Source of the DNA: an uncultured Actinomycetota bacterium
GTDB lineage: Bacteria; Actinomycetota; UBA4738; HRBIN12
Assembly: GCA_963724415.1 (NCBI GenBank)
Contig: CAVRUS010000011.1
Span: 561 to 64,560, forward strand
Length of the DNA stretch: 64,000 nucleotides
Direction: 5' to 3'
A program made the translations under genes and the position numbers. Below, one piece after another: positions 37,896-47,282 of the stretch (within the stretch, counting starts at the first letter, position 1; every line of letters starts with the position of its first letter). The notes below the pieces were generated by a model. It was not told where the DNA came from. It did no database searches and saw only the letters and a list, made by a program, of their open reading frames with translations.

Positions 37896-38483
37896 TCAGC
37901 CAGACGGGTCGCGCTCGGCGTCGGGGAGCGTGGGCGCATCGGTCGGATACAGGCCGGCGACGAAGCCGTAGACCTGGTCGCCGGCCCTGGGGATCTTGGC
38001 GAACGTGCGAGCGAGCTCCTGGACCTGTGCCCAGAAGGTGCGCACATCCTCGATCGGGATGCGGGCGTGCGAGAGCGTGCACCGCAGCTCATCGGCCACG
38101 TGAGCCGGGCCGGACTCGGCGGCTGCCTGCGCGAGCCCGTTGATGGCGGCCGCGACCTGCTTGTCCTCGGGACGGCTGAGCACGCCGATGTAGAACGTGC
38201 GGGCGACCCGTCCGTAGAACCGCTCCTCGATCGCCCGCACCCGCCGCGTGCGCACCACCCGGAGGAGGCCGGCATCGACGAGGAGGTTCACGTGGTAGGC
38301 GATGGAGCTCTTGGGACGGTCGACCGCCTTCGCCATCTCGGTGACCGTGGCGGCACGCTCGAGGAGCAGCTCGAGGAGGGTGGCTCGCAGGGGGTCGGCC
38401 AGCGCGCGCAGCTGGTCGTGCGCGGTGACCACGACCATCTCCTCGAGGTCGTAGTCGGGGATCGTCTGCTCATTGGACGACAT
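37896..38483 (-). CDS. ArsR family transcriptional regulator
   Basis: LADPLRATLLELLLERAATVTEMAKAVDRPKSSIAYHVNLLVDAGLL is the ArsR HTH. Confidence 0.8.
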   Translation of the reverse strand: MSSNEQTIPDYDLEEMVVVTAHDQLRALADPLRATLLELLLERAATVTEMAKAVDRPKSSIAYHVNLLVDAGLLRVVRTRRVRAIEERFYGRVARTFYIGVLSRPEDKQVAAAINGLAQAAAESGPAHVADELRCTLSHARIPIEDVRTFWAQVQELARTFAKIPRAGDQVYGFVAGLYPTDAPTLPDAERDPSG

Positions 38484-38547
38484 ATCTAGAACATCCTAGT
38501 ATCCTGGACCATTCGATGGAAGTCCGTCCGATGAAAGGAGTGTAGAC

Positions 38548-39138
38548 GTGGCTGAGGTCGTTCTGTTCCATCACGTGCAAGGGCTGACCGACGGGGTCCG
38601 AGCGTTCGCCGAGGAGCTGCGCACCGGTGGGCACACCGTGCACACGCCCGACCTCTTCGAGGGTGCGCGCCCGGAGAGCATCGACGACGGCTTGGCGTTC
38701 GCCGGAAAGATCGGGGACGAGGTGCTCACCGCGCGCGTCGACGCGTCCGTGGCCGACCTTCCCGACGGCCTGGTGTACGCGGGCATCTCCTTCGGGGTCA
38801 GCGAAGCGCAGCGACTCGCCCAGACCCGACCGGGTGCGCGCGGAGCGCTCCTCTACGAGGGCTGCATGCCGATCACCGGAGAGTGGGCCTTCGGACCGTG
38901 GCCGGACGGGGTCCCGGTGCAGATCCACGGCATGGACAAGGACCCGGTCTTCGGGTTGGACGGCGACCTCGATGCCGCCCGCGAGCTGGTCGACACGGTC
39001 GGACCCGAGCTCGCCGAGCTGTTCGTGTACCCGGGCGACCGACACCTCTTCACGGACAGCTCCCTCCCGTCGTACGACGCGGAGGCGACCGCGCTGGTGG
39101 CGGAGCGCTCGCGCGAGTTCCTCGACCGGGTGAGCTGA
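38548..39138 (+). CDS. dienelactone hydrolase family protein
   Basis: GTG start with SD GAAAGGAG. Fold-typical order of a nucleophile region and a C-terminal His (GDRHLF). Confidence 0.65.
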   Translation: MAEVVLFHHVQGLTDGVRAFAEELRTGGHTVHTPDLFEGARPESIDDGLAFAGKIGDEVLTARVDASVADLPDGLVYAGISFGVSEAQRLAQTRPGARGALLYEGCMPITGEWAFGPWPDGVPVQIHGMDKDPVFGLDGDLDAARELVDTVGPELAELFVYPGDRHLFTDSSLPSYDAEATALVAERSREFLDRVS

Positions 39139-39162
39139 CGTCGGCCCGAGCTCGGCTCCGGG

Positions 39163-39696
39163 ATGACCGTTGACGGATGTCGGCGTCGAGCCGACCATGC
39201 CGGTATGAAGGCGGAGGACGTCGTCACCTACGACTACCCAGAGGAGTCGTACACGGAAGTGATCCCGGGGCTCACCCAGGCGAGCGCCGCGCACTCGCCC
39301 GCCGAGATGCTGTCGATGTTCGATGTCCTGATCGACGTCGGCGGACGGGATCGGTGGGCCGGCGACCCCGATCCCCGCTACAGCTTCCACCCGATCGACG
39401 ATGTCCCGTTCATCGCCGATGCCGAGATGATCCACACGGTGGGGGAGAGGATCGCCTCGCTCGTCAGCGAGGGGAAGCACGTCGCGGTCAACTGTATGAG
39501 CGGCGTGAACCGATCCGGGCTCCTCGTCGGACGCGCGCTCGTGGCGCTCGGCTACACACCCGAGCAGGCGATCGAGGCCGTGCGCCGGGCGAGAGGACCG
39601 ATGGCGCTCAGCAACCAGCACTTCGTGCGCTTCCTCCTGGTCGACTGCACCCCCGGAGCCCTGGCGCGACGCCGCCAGCTGTCACTTCCGCTCTGA
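39163..39696 (+). CDS. protein tyrosine / dual-specificity phosphatase
   Basis: VNCMSGVNRSG is the CX5R P-loop. ATG 39205 is an alternative start. Confidence 0.7.
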   Translation: MTVDGCRRRADHAGMKAEDVVTYDYPEESYTEVIPGLTQASAAHSPAEMLSMFDVLIDVGGRDRWAGDPDPRYSFHPIDDVPFIADAEMIHTVGERIASLVSEGKHVAVNCMSGVNRSGLLVGRALVALGYTPEQAIEAVRRARGPMALSNQHFVRFLLVDCTPGALARRRQLSLPL

Positions 39697-39784
39697 TCTT
39701 CGGGCGCGCTGAGCCCGATTGACCGACGTACTCGCTGGGTAGGGGTTCGTATGTGCTCGGAACGACTCGATGAGGAGGTCTCCG

Positions 39785-40171
39785 ATGCCGGATGGAGAGA
39801 CGGTCAACGTTCGCTACATGGTCGACGACGTCGATGAGGCGATCGCGTTCTACACGGAAGTGCTCGGCTTCGAGCTCCTGAGCAACGCGTCGCCCGCGTT
39901 CGCGGACGTGCGCCGCGGCAACCTCCGACTGCTGCTCGCGGGACCGAGCAGCTCGGCGGGACGTCCGATGCCCGACGGGAGGAAGCCGGAGCCCGGCGGA
40001 TGGAACCGGATCCACTTCATCGTCGATGACATCGACACCGAGGTGACGCGTCTGCGCGGCGAGGGTGCCACGTTCCGGAACTCTGTCGTGGAGGGCCCAG
40101 GCGGCAAGCAGATCCTTCTCGAGGACCCATCCAACAACGTCGTCGAGCTGTTCCAGCCCGCCGGCCGATAG
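39785..40171 (+). CDS. VOC (glyoxalase/bleomycin-resistance) family protein
   Basis: SD GAGGAGG lies 7 nt before ATG 39785. Typical beta-alpha-beta-beta-beta module sequence. Confidence 0.65.
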   Translation: MPDGETVNVRYMVDDVDEAIAFYTEVLGFELLSNASPAFADVRRGNLRLLLAGPSSSAGRPMPDGRKPEPGGWNRIHFIVDDIDTEVTRLRGEGATFRNSVVEGPGGKQILLEDPSNNVVELFQPAGR

Positions 40172-40250
40172 CCGATCTCCGGTACGGCGGCGGGGGCGAC
40201 GACCTCTCGGCGAGCGGGCCCGAGGCTGCCCGGATTAGACTCGACCGAAG

Positions 40251-41000
40251 GTGACCACCTCGAACGGACATCTGATCGAGATCGAGCACGTCCGCAAGAG
40301 CTTCGGTTCCCACCTGGTCCTGGACGACATCGACCTCTCGATCTCCACGGGGGAAGCGGTCGTGATCGCGGGGCCATCCGGCTCCGGCAAGTCCACGCTC
40401 CTGCGCTGCATCAACGGCCTCGAGACGATCGACGAGGGCGACATCCGGTTCGACGGGCGCTCGGTGCCCGCGGCCGGGAACGACGTGTTCCGACTGCGCG
40501 CCGAGATCGGGATGGTGTTCCAGTCGTTCAACCTCTTCGCGCACAAGTCGGTGCTGGACAACATCACGCTCGGCCCGATCAAGGTGAAGGGCATGTCCCA
40601 GCAGGACGCGACCAGCCTGGCGCGCGGCCTCTTGGAGCGCGTCGGCATCCCGGAGAAGGCCGACGACTTCCCGGCCGACCTCTCGGGCGGCCAGCAGCAG
40701 CGGGTCGCGATCGCCCGTGCGCTCGCCATGGAGCCGAAGCTGATCCTCTTCGACGAGCCGACGTCGGCGCTCGACCCGGAGATGATCCGCGAGGTGCTCG
40801 ACGTGATGCGGGATCTCGCGCACGACGGCATGACGATGATCGTCGTGACGCACGAGATGGGGTTCGCCCGCGAGGTCTGCGACCGGATCGCGTTCGTCGA
40901 CGAGGGGAAGATCGTGGAGGAGGGTGCGCCGGAGGAGTTCTTCGAGGGAGCGAAGAGCCAGCGAGCGAAGGACTTCGTCGACAAGATCCTCCGACACTGA
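40251..41000 (+). CDS. polar amino-acid ABC transporter ATP-binding protein
   Basis: Walker [10 protein letters not shown], signature [15 protein letters not shown], Walker [12 protein letters not shown]. Confidence 0.9.
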   Translation: MTTSNGHLIEIEHVRKSFGSHLVLDDIDLSISTGEAVVIAGPSGSGKSTLLRCINGLETIDEGDIRFDGRSVPAAGNDVFRLRAEIGMVFQSFNLFAHKSVLDNITLGPIKVKGMSQQDATSLARGLLERVGIPEKADDFPADLSGGQQQRVAIARALAMEPKLILFDEPTSALDPEMIREVLDVMRDLAHDGMTMIVVTHEMGFAREVCDRIAFVDEGKIVEEGAPEEFFEGAKSQRAKDFVDKILRH

Positions 41001-41068
41001 GGAGGTAGTAGAAGAGAGAAGAGGGGGCGGAGCGGCCCGCGCGGAGGGCGGGCCCGAAGGGAGGAACG

Positions 41069-41971
41069 ATGGCACACGTACGGTGGAACCGCCGGTGGCC
41101 GGTGGTGCTCGTTTCGGTCTTCGCGCTGGTCGCGGCCGCGTGCGGCGAGGACGAGCCCGAACCGCCGGCCGATGACGGCCAGACCCAGGAGTTCCCCGCC
41201 GGGTCGACGATGGCCGAGCTGCAGGAGGCGGGCGAGATCACGATCGGCGTGAAGTTCGACGTCCCGCCGTTCGGGTTCAGGAACCCGCAGACCGACGCGA
41301 TCGAGGGCTTCGACGTCGACCTGGGTCAGGCGATCGCCGACGAGCTCGGCGTGGAGGCGAACTTCATCGAGGCGATCTCGGACAACCGGATCCCGTTCCT
41401 CGTGGACGGCACGGCCGACCTGATCCTGTCGACGATGACCATCACGACGGACCGGGACGCGGAGATCGACTTCTCGATCCCGTACTACATCGCCGAGGGC
41501 CGGGTGCTCGCACCGGTGGACTCCGACATCACCGGAGTCGAGGACCTGGCGGGGACGACCGTATGCACGGCGACCGGATCGACGTACGAAGAGAACCTCG
41601 CGGCGAATGCTCCGGACGCCGAGCTCCGTCTGGTCGATACATACTCCGAATGCTTCGAGCTGATCCAGACGGGCGCCGTGGACGCCGTGTCCACAGACGA
41701 CGTGATCCTCACCGGGATGATCATCCAGGACGACACCCTGGAGCTGAAGGGTGAGGGATACACGGTCGAGCCGTACGGCGCCGGCATCGCCGATGGTGAC
41801 ACCGAGTTCAAGGAGTTCGTCGACGGCGTGATCCAGGCCTTCATCGACGACGGTCGGTGGGATGCCACGTACGAGAAGTGGATCGGGCAGTACACCGGCG
41901 AGTCCGACTCCGCTCCGACGATGACCCTCGAGGAGGCGCTCGAGTTGCGTCCGTGCGAGGAGACCTGCTGA
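41069..41971 (+). CDS. amino-acid ABC transporter substrate-binding lipoprotein
   Basis: Signal plus lipobox VFALVAAAC. Family 3 SBP-like sequence. Confidence 0.8.
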   Translation: MAHVRWNRRWPVVLVSVFALVAAACGEDEPEPPADDGQTQEFPAGSTMAELQEAGEITIGVKFDVPPFGFRNPQTDAIEGFDVDLGQAIADELGVEANFIEAISDNRIPFLVDGTADLILSTMTITTDRDAEIDFSIPYYIAEGRVLAPVDSDITGVEDLAGTTVCTATGSTYEENLAANAPDAELRLVDTYSECFELIQTGAVDAVSTDDVILTGMIIQDDTLELKGEGYTVEPYGAGIADGDTEFKEFVDGVIQAFIDDGRWDATYEKWIGQYTGESDSAPTMTLEEALELRPCEETC

Positions 41972-41990
41972 TCGAGGCGGTCGCGAGCCG

Positions 41991-42653
41991 ATGAGCGGGC
42001 TCTGGGAAGTGCTGGTCCAGCACTTCCCGGAGTTCCGCTCGGGGTTCTTGGTCACCGTCCAGCTCGTGGCGGTGTCGTTCGTGATCGCGATCGGCGTGGG
42101 CCTGTTCGTGGCCGCCCTCCGGGTAGCCCCCGTCCGATGGGTCCGATGGGTCGGCGGGCTGTACGTGGAGTTCTTCCGCAACGTCCCGTTGCTCGTGCTG
42201 CTGACGATCGCATACCTCGGGCTCCGGCGCGCCGGGATCCCGATCGGGCCGTGGGTGGCCGGGACGGCGAGCCTCGGCCTCTACACAGCGGCCTACGTGG
42301 CCGAGACGATCCGCTCGGGCATCTTCGCGGTGGGGAAGGGGCAGATCGACGCCGGCCTGTCGCTCGGGTTCACGCACCGGCGGGTGCTGTCCGTGATCGT
42401 GATCCCCCAGGCGGTGCGGAGCGTCATCCCCCCGCTCGGGAGCCTGATCATCGCGATGATCAAGAACTCCGCGATCATCGGCGTGGTGTTCGCGCTCGCC
42501 GACGACCTCCTGAAGGAGGCTCGGCTGATCGGCTCCGCGACGTTCCGGTACAACGAGGTGTTCTTCTGGGCGGCCGTCGGGTACCTGCTGTTGACGGTCA
42601 GCGTGACCTTCGCGGTCCGGGCGCTCGAACGACGGCTCGTGGTCAGGCGATGA
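41991..42653 (+). CDS. amino-acid ABC transporter permease (HisMQ-type)
   Basis: Polytopic membrane protein with an EAA-like loop. Confidence 0.8.
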   Translation: MSGLWEVLVQHFPEFRSGFLVTVQLVAVSFVIAIGVGLFVAALRVAPVRWVRWVGGLYVEFFRNVPLLVLLTIAYLGLRRAGIPIGPWVAGTASLGLYTAAYVAETIRSGIFAVGKGQIDAGLSLGFTHRRVLSVIVIPQAVRSVIPPLGSLIIAMIKNSAIIGVVFALADDLLKEARLIGSATFRYNEVFFWAAVGYLLLTVSVTFAVRALERRLVVRR

Positions 42654-42673
42654 GCTGAGGGCGGTGAGCTGAG

Positions 42674-43498
42674 ATGGGCTATCTCTTCGACCCGGACAAC
42701 TGGGAGTGGCTCTTCTCGGGGAACAACTTCTGGTTCCTGCTCCGCGGATTCTGGATCAACATCCAGATCGCGTTCGTCGCGATGGTGCTCTCGCTCACGA
42801 TCGGTCTCGTGCTCGCGCTGCTCCGGGTCTCCACGCGCCGGATCCTGAGCAGGGTGGCGGGCGTGTGGGTGGACGTATGGCGCAACCTGCCGTTGATCTT
42901 CGTCATCCTGTACTTCTTCCTGGTGATGCCGGAGGCCTGGCGCGAGGCCTACGAACGCTGGGTCCCGGAGTGGTTCCCGACCGCGTTCCAGACGCCGTTC
43001 TTCCTGGCCGCCGTGGCCGGTCTCACCATCTACAACTCGGCCGTGCTGGCCGAGATCATGCGGGCGGGCATCGTGTCGCTGGAGCGAGGTCAGGGAGAGG
43101 CCGCGGCGTCGATCGGGCTCCGCCACTGGCAGGCGATGCGGCTCGTCGTGCTGCCCCAGGGGCTCCGGCGGATGGTGCCGGCCACGGTGTCGCAGCTGAT
43201 CACCCTGATGAAGGACACCACGCTCGTCAGCATCATCGGGATCCAGGAGGTGATGCGGCACGCGCGGATCGTCGTCTCCACGAGCGGCAGCCCGTTCGTG
43301 GGGACGGGCGTGGACGCGCCGCTCCTGCAGGTGTTCCTCACGGTCGGGATCATGTTCGTGATCGTGAACCTCACGCTCTCGCGGCTGTCGCGGCGCCTGG
43401 AGCTCCGTGAGCGGCGCCGCACCGGTGTGCAGGTCGAGAAGGTCGCGGGGCTCGAGGACCAGCTCGCGATCCAGACCGCCCTCCCCGACGAGCCGTAG
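42674..43498 (+). CDS. amino-acid ABC transporter permease
   Basis: Second permease of the operon. Confidence 0.8.
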   Translation: MGYLFDPDNWEWLFSGNNFWFLLRGFWINIQIAFVAMVLSLTIGLVLALLRVSTRRILSRVAGVWVDVWRNLPLIFVILYFFLVMPEAWREAYERWVPEWFPTAFQTPFFLAAVAGLTIYNSAVLAEIMRAGIVSLERGQGEAAASIGLRHWQAMRLVVLPQGLRRMVPATVSQLITLMKDTTLVSIIGIQEVMRHARIVVSTSGSPFVGTGVDAPLLQVFLTVGIMFVIVNLTLSRLSRRLELRERRRTGVQVEKVAGLEDQLAIQTALPDEP

Positions 43499-43523
43499 CC
43501 GCGAAGTCGGTAGCCTTGCGCCG

Positions 43524-44123
43524 ATGGCTCTCTCGACGCGGTTCGACGAAGCACTGGTCTACGCCCACGAGCTCCATCGCGAGCAGACCAGGAAGGGCGA
43601 CGACGTCCCGTTCGTCTCCCATCTCCTCGGGGTGTCATCGCTGGTGCTCGAGGAAGGCGGGTCCGAGGATCAGGCGATCGCCGCGCTCCTCCACGACGCG
43701 GCTGAAGATCAGGGCGGCCGGTCCACGCTCGAGGAGATCAGGTCACGGTTCGGGGACGACGTCGCGAGGATCGTCGAGGCGTGCACCGACTCGTTCGAGG
43801 ATCCGTTGCCCCCGTGGCGTTCCCGGAAGGAGGCCTACGTCGAGCGACTGCCTCATCAGTCGGCTGATGCGCTCCTCGTTTCGCTCGCCGACAAGGTCTA
43901 CAACGCGGGAACGCTCGCTCTGGCCCTCGCCGAGCACGGCCCCGCGTACCTCGACGGGCTGATGGGCGGGCGGGAGGGGAGGCTCTGGTACTACAGAGCG
44001 CTCACCGACACGTTCGTGAGGATCCCCGGCTTCGACAGTCGATTGATCGATGTTCTTCGCCGGATCGTCGAGGAGGTCGAGTCGCTGGCATCTCGAGAGA
44101 CCGCCAGCGAACCCTCTCCGTAA
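43524..44123 (+). CDS. HD domain phosphohydrolase
   Basis: HDAAED and H..LGV motifs. Start at MALSTRFDEA. Confidence 0.65.
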   Translation: MALSTRFDEALVYAHELHREQTRKGDDVPFVSHLLGVSSLVLEEGGSEDQAIAALLHDAAEDQGGRSTLEEIRSRFGDDVARIVEACTDSFEDPLPPWRSRKEAYVERLPHQSADALLVSLADKVYNAGTLALALAEHGPAYLDGLMGGREGRLWYYRALTDTFVRIPGFDSRLIDVLRRIVEEVESLASRETASEPSP

Positions 44124-44139
44124 CGCGCGGGCGCACGAT

Positions 44140-45030
44140 TCAGTGAAGGTCACGCACCATCGCTCGGAGATGCTCGAGCTTCTCGGGGTTGCTGACGGCG
44201 TGCATGGTCTGCACCTGACCGTCAACGATGTCGAGCGAGACGGCCGCGATGGCCACGTCGTCGGCATCGAGGAACAGCGCGCCGGGCTGGCCGTTGATCT
44301 CGGCGCGACGCATCGTGACGACGCCCAGGCGCCTGCCCTGTGTGGCACCCGCCTGCAGGAGCCGGGCAACCTTCTCGCGACCGTGGACCGGCTTCGGGAA
44401 GGCGAACCCCTTGCCACCGCCATCGGCGTACGCGACAACGTCGGCCGCAAGCATGCTCACGAGGTCCTCGACTTCCCCCTCCGCCGCCGCCGCGAAGAAT
44501 CGCTGCGCGAGCTCGTCCCGTTCCGCCTTCGACGCATCGAACCGCGGCTTCCCGGCCTGCACCTGCCGGCGCGCGCGGACCGCGATCTGGCGGCAGTTCT
44601 CCTCGCTCTTGCCCACCACCGATGCGATCTCGTCGTAGTCGTACTCGAAGACCTCCCGCAGCAGGAAGACGGCACGCTCGACGGGCGTGAGGCTCTCGAG
44701 GAGCACCAAGAACCCCATCGAGAGCGAATCGGCCGTCTCCGCGTGACGCTCGGCATCCGAGGTCTCGTCCGTGAGCAGTGGCTCGGGGAGCCACGTGCCC
44801 ACGTAGGACTCGCGGCGTACCCGCGCGGACCGCAGGTGGTCGATGCACAGGCGGGTCGCGACGGCCGACAGGTAGGACTTCGGCGACTGGACCTGCGTGC
44901 CGGCGGCGGTCTCGCGGTGGTAGCGCAGGAACGCCTCTTGCACGATGTCCTCAGCGTCGGTGGCGCTACCGAGCATCCGGTAGGCGATCGAGAACAGCAG
45001 CGGCCGCAGCTCGGCGACAGGGTCGTCCAT
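44140..45030 (-). CDS. ECF41-type RNA polymerase sigma factor with SnoaL-like C-terminal extension
   Basis: Sigma2 region DIVQEAFLRY and sigma4 region. The ECF41 signature YVGTWLPEP is followed by a C-terminal extension of about 120 aa. Start at MDDPVAEL. Confidence 0.85.
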   Translation of the reverse strand: MDDPVAELRPLLFSIAYRMLGSATDAEDIVQEAFLRYHRETAAGTQVQSPKSYLSAVATRLCIDHLRSARVRRESYVGTWLPEPLLTDETSDAERHAETADSLSMGFLVLLESLTPVERAVFLLREVFEYDYDEIASVVGKSEENCRQIAVRARRQVQAGKPRFDASKAERDELAQRFFAAAAEGEVEDLVSMLAADVVAYADGGGKGFAFPKPVHGREKVARLLQAGATQGRRLGVVTMRRAEINGQPGALFLDADDVAIAAVSLDIVDGQVQTMHAVSNPEKLEHLRAMVRDLH

Positions 45031-45071
45031 GCGCGCCTCCAAAGCGGATCGTCGTCTCCATCCTCCCACGG

Positions 45072-45098
45072 GACGAAGGAGGCCCTCGATCCGTGACA
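45072..45098 (-). promoter_or_regulatory. candidate ECF41-type promoter (TGTCACG-N16-CGTC) upstream of the sigma factor gene
   Basis: Minus-strand reading is GTTGTCACGG atcgagggcctcctt CGTC. The -10 element lies about 42 nt upstream of ATG 45030. Confidence 0.5.
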
Positions 45099-45130
45099 AC
45101 GGCTGCGTGACTCTCCTCGGAGCCGGACCG

Positions 45131-45158
45131 TGTCACGGGCGCGTCGCCTCCTCTCGTC
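45131..45158 (+). promoter_or_regulatory. candidate ECF41-type promoter (TGTCACG-N17-CGTC) upstream of divergent gene 45185
   Basis: TGTCACG at 45131-45137 and CGTC at 45155-45158, followed by SD GAGAGGAG and ATG 45185. Confidence 0.4.
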
Positions 45159-45184
45159 TCGTGTGATGAGAGGAGTGATGCGAG

Positions 45185-45379
45185 ATGCAGACCGATCAGC
45201 GAACGGACCAAGACTGGGTGGGGCCGGATCTCCCGAGCCTCAGCGGTGTCGTGTTCGGCTCGATCCTGTTCGTGACGGGCATGATGCTCATGCTGACGGT
45301 GATCGGGGCACCCTTCGGGATCCTGCTCTTCGCGGCAGGGCTCGGGTGGATGACGACGCCGAAGGACCGCCGGCGATGA
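45185..45379 (+). CDS. small membrane protein (64 aa)
   Basis: Strong SD. Two hydrophobic helices. Its stop overlaps the next ATG in an ATGA arrangement. Confidence 0.55.
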   Translation: MQTDQRTDQDWVGPDLPSLSGVVFGSILFVTGMMLMLTVIGAPFGILLFAAGLGWMTTPKDRRR

Positions 45380-45604
45380 CGATCCGGGCGACGACGGCGC
45401 GGCGGATCCTGCGGAGGCAGGGGATGCCTCCGCGGGAGATCCGCGCCGTCTTGGCTGCGGACGATCCGCTCGTCGGCGGCGACTCCTGGAGCTCCATCGC
45501 GAGCGGCTGGGGGAGTGGCTCGAGGAGCAGCGCAGGCTGGTGTCGAGCATCGAACGCTCCCGACCAAGGCGATGACGATCCTCATGTCGCGTCGGAACTC
45601 GCAT
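45377..45604 (+). CDS. hypothetical protein (75 aa)
   Basis: ATG overlaps the stop of 45185-45379. No recognisable domain. Confidence 0.3.
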
Positions 45605-45640
45605 TGAAGTTCTGAGGCACCAGATGCCGATGGGTATCGG

Positions 45641-46120
45641 GTGCTGACCGAGGAGGATCTCGTCGAGACCGCCCTGCTCCGGTACGCCCAGAAGCGGGCG
45701 ACCGAGTGGGGCGCGGATCGGTTCGCGGCGGAGTTCCGGCGCCGTGACCTCGAGGAACGGTGGGTCGAGGCGGCCCGAACGAACACGACGCCGTACACAC
45801 CCCTCGAAGTCACGGAACCGGCCGCACTCTCCGGGCCCGTCGACGCCTCCGCGCAGGACCTGGTCGTCGAGACCGCCACACGCGACGAGTGGCGCCTCAC
45901 GAGACCGGCCCACGTCCGGCACGCGTCGGTGCCTCGGCCGCCCGCCGATGCACCGCGAGACCGATCGCGGCCGACTCGGCCGCCGGAAGCGGAAGCAGGT
46001 CACGAAGGACGCCGCCTGGACGATCCCGGCAGCGGAGGTCGCGCGGATGTCGCCCGCGGCGCGTCGGCTCTACGGCCTCGAGGACCCCGTCACGCGCTGA
46101 CGGTTCGGTTGGTCGGCTAG
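45641..46120 (+). CDS. hypothetical protein
   Basis: 159-aa ORF; the C-terminal half is low-complexity. Confidence 0.3.
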   Translation: MLTEEDLVETALLRYAQKRATEWGADRFAAEFRRRDLEERWVEAARTNTTPYTPLEVTEPAALSGPVDASAQDLVVETATRDEWRLTRPAHVRHASVPRPPADAPRDRSRPTRPPEAEAGHEGRRLDDPGSGGRADVARGASALRPRGPRHALTVRLVG

Positions 46121-46130
46121 CCTCGAACGG

Positions 46131-46454
46131 ATGCCAGGGAACAGGAGCGCCCGGGTCGCGCTCGTGTGCGGCATCGTGGGACTGGCCACGCAGTTGGTCA
46201 GCGCCATCCCGCTCGTGGTGTTCGCGCGGCGGAACGGTGATCTGCTCCCCGGGTTCGTGGTGCTGATGGTGGGGATCGTCCTCGGCGCCATCGCCGTCGT
46301 CGCCGGAGTCCTCGGGCGGGGGAGTGCCGAGCGCGGGACGCCGCAAGAGCGTCGGGCCACCGTCGGCATCTGGCTCGGCGGGTCCGCGATCCTGGCGAGC
46401 GTGCTCCTCTCGATCCTGCTCGTCTCGGCGGCGGTCTCGACGTTCGAGTTCTGA
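46131..46454 (+). CDS. membrane protein (107 aa)
   Basis: Three TM helices. Confidence 0.5.
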   Translation: MPGNRSARVALVCGIVGLATQLVSAIPLVVFARRNGDLLPGFVVLMVGIVLGAIAVVAGVLGRGSAERGTPQERRATVGIWLGGSAILASVLLSILLVSAAVSTFEF

Positions 46455-46675
46455 ACCCGGTCGTGGCGTCGGGACGAAGACGTACACTGGAACAGACGCG
46501 ATCCCCATCCATCGGAGGGGAGAAGCAGGAGCTTCGGAGATCGCATCCGCCGATCCCGTTCCATCGCTGGTCCAGCGACGCTTGATATCCCGAGCGATCC
46601 TTGCTCTCGATCTGGCTCAGTTGGCCCGGACGGTTGCGGGTCCACGCACGACAACGAACGAAGGAGCACATACCT

Positions 46676-46981
46676 ATGCAGCATGTTCGTATCGCAACGT
46701 ATGACATCAAGGACGGCACCTTCGAGGAGCTCTCCCGCACCGCCCGTGAGGGCATGCTCCGCACCTTCCAGGACCAGGCCGGCTTCATCCGGTACGGGGT
46801 CGCCGACCTCGGCGACCGCAAGCTCGTCTCGCTGAGCCTCTGGGAGACCCGCAAGGACGCCGACGCATCGGTCCCGGTGGCCGAGCGCTGGGTGCGCGAG
46901 CACCTCGCGAACAAGGTGGAGCTGAAGTCGACCCAGATCGGGGACATGGCCTTCTTCGAGGGCGCGCCCGCGAAGGTCTGA
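46676..46981 (+). CDS. ABM (antibiotic biosynthesis monooxygenase)-like small protein
   Basis: SD AAGGAG lies 8 nt before ATG 46676. MQHVRIATYDIK....LWETRKDADAS is the typical ABM pattern. Confidence 0.55.
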   Translation: MQHVRIATYDIKDGTFEELSRTAREGMLRTFQDQAGFIRYGVADLGDRKLVSLSLWETRKDADASVPVAERWVREHLANKVELKSTQIGDMAFFEGAPAKV

Positions 46982-47282
46982 CCGATACCACGCGGCCGCA
47001 TCGCGCTACTGCACGAGCGCGGCCGTTGGGGATGGGGGGTCCACTCCGGTGGGCCCCCTCTTCCACGGAGGGAGCGAGGGCACCATGACGATCCTGCAGG
47101 ATCCGGTCCGCCCGTTCGATCCCTCGATGCCTGCGCCGTCGCCTCGACCGGGCGATGAGGTCCTGACCGCGATGCGACCCCGAGGTTCGAGGGGGAAGAC
47201 CTCGTTCGAGCTCGCATCACGCGGCGGGTACGTGACGGCACGTCACGACGGGGCGGCGAACGGCGAGAGCTCGATCTAGCGC

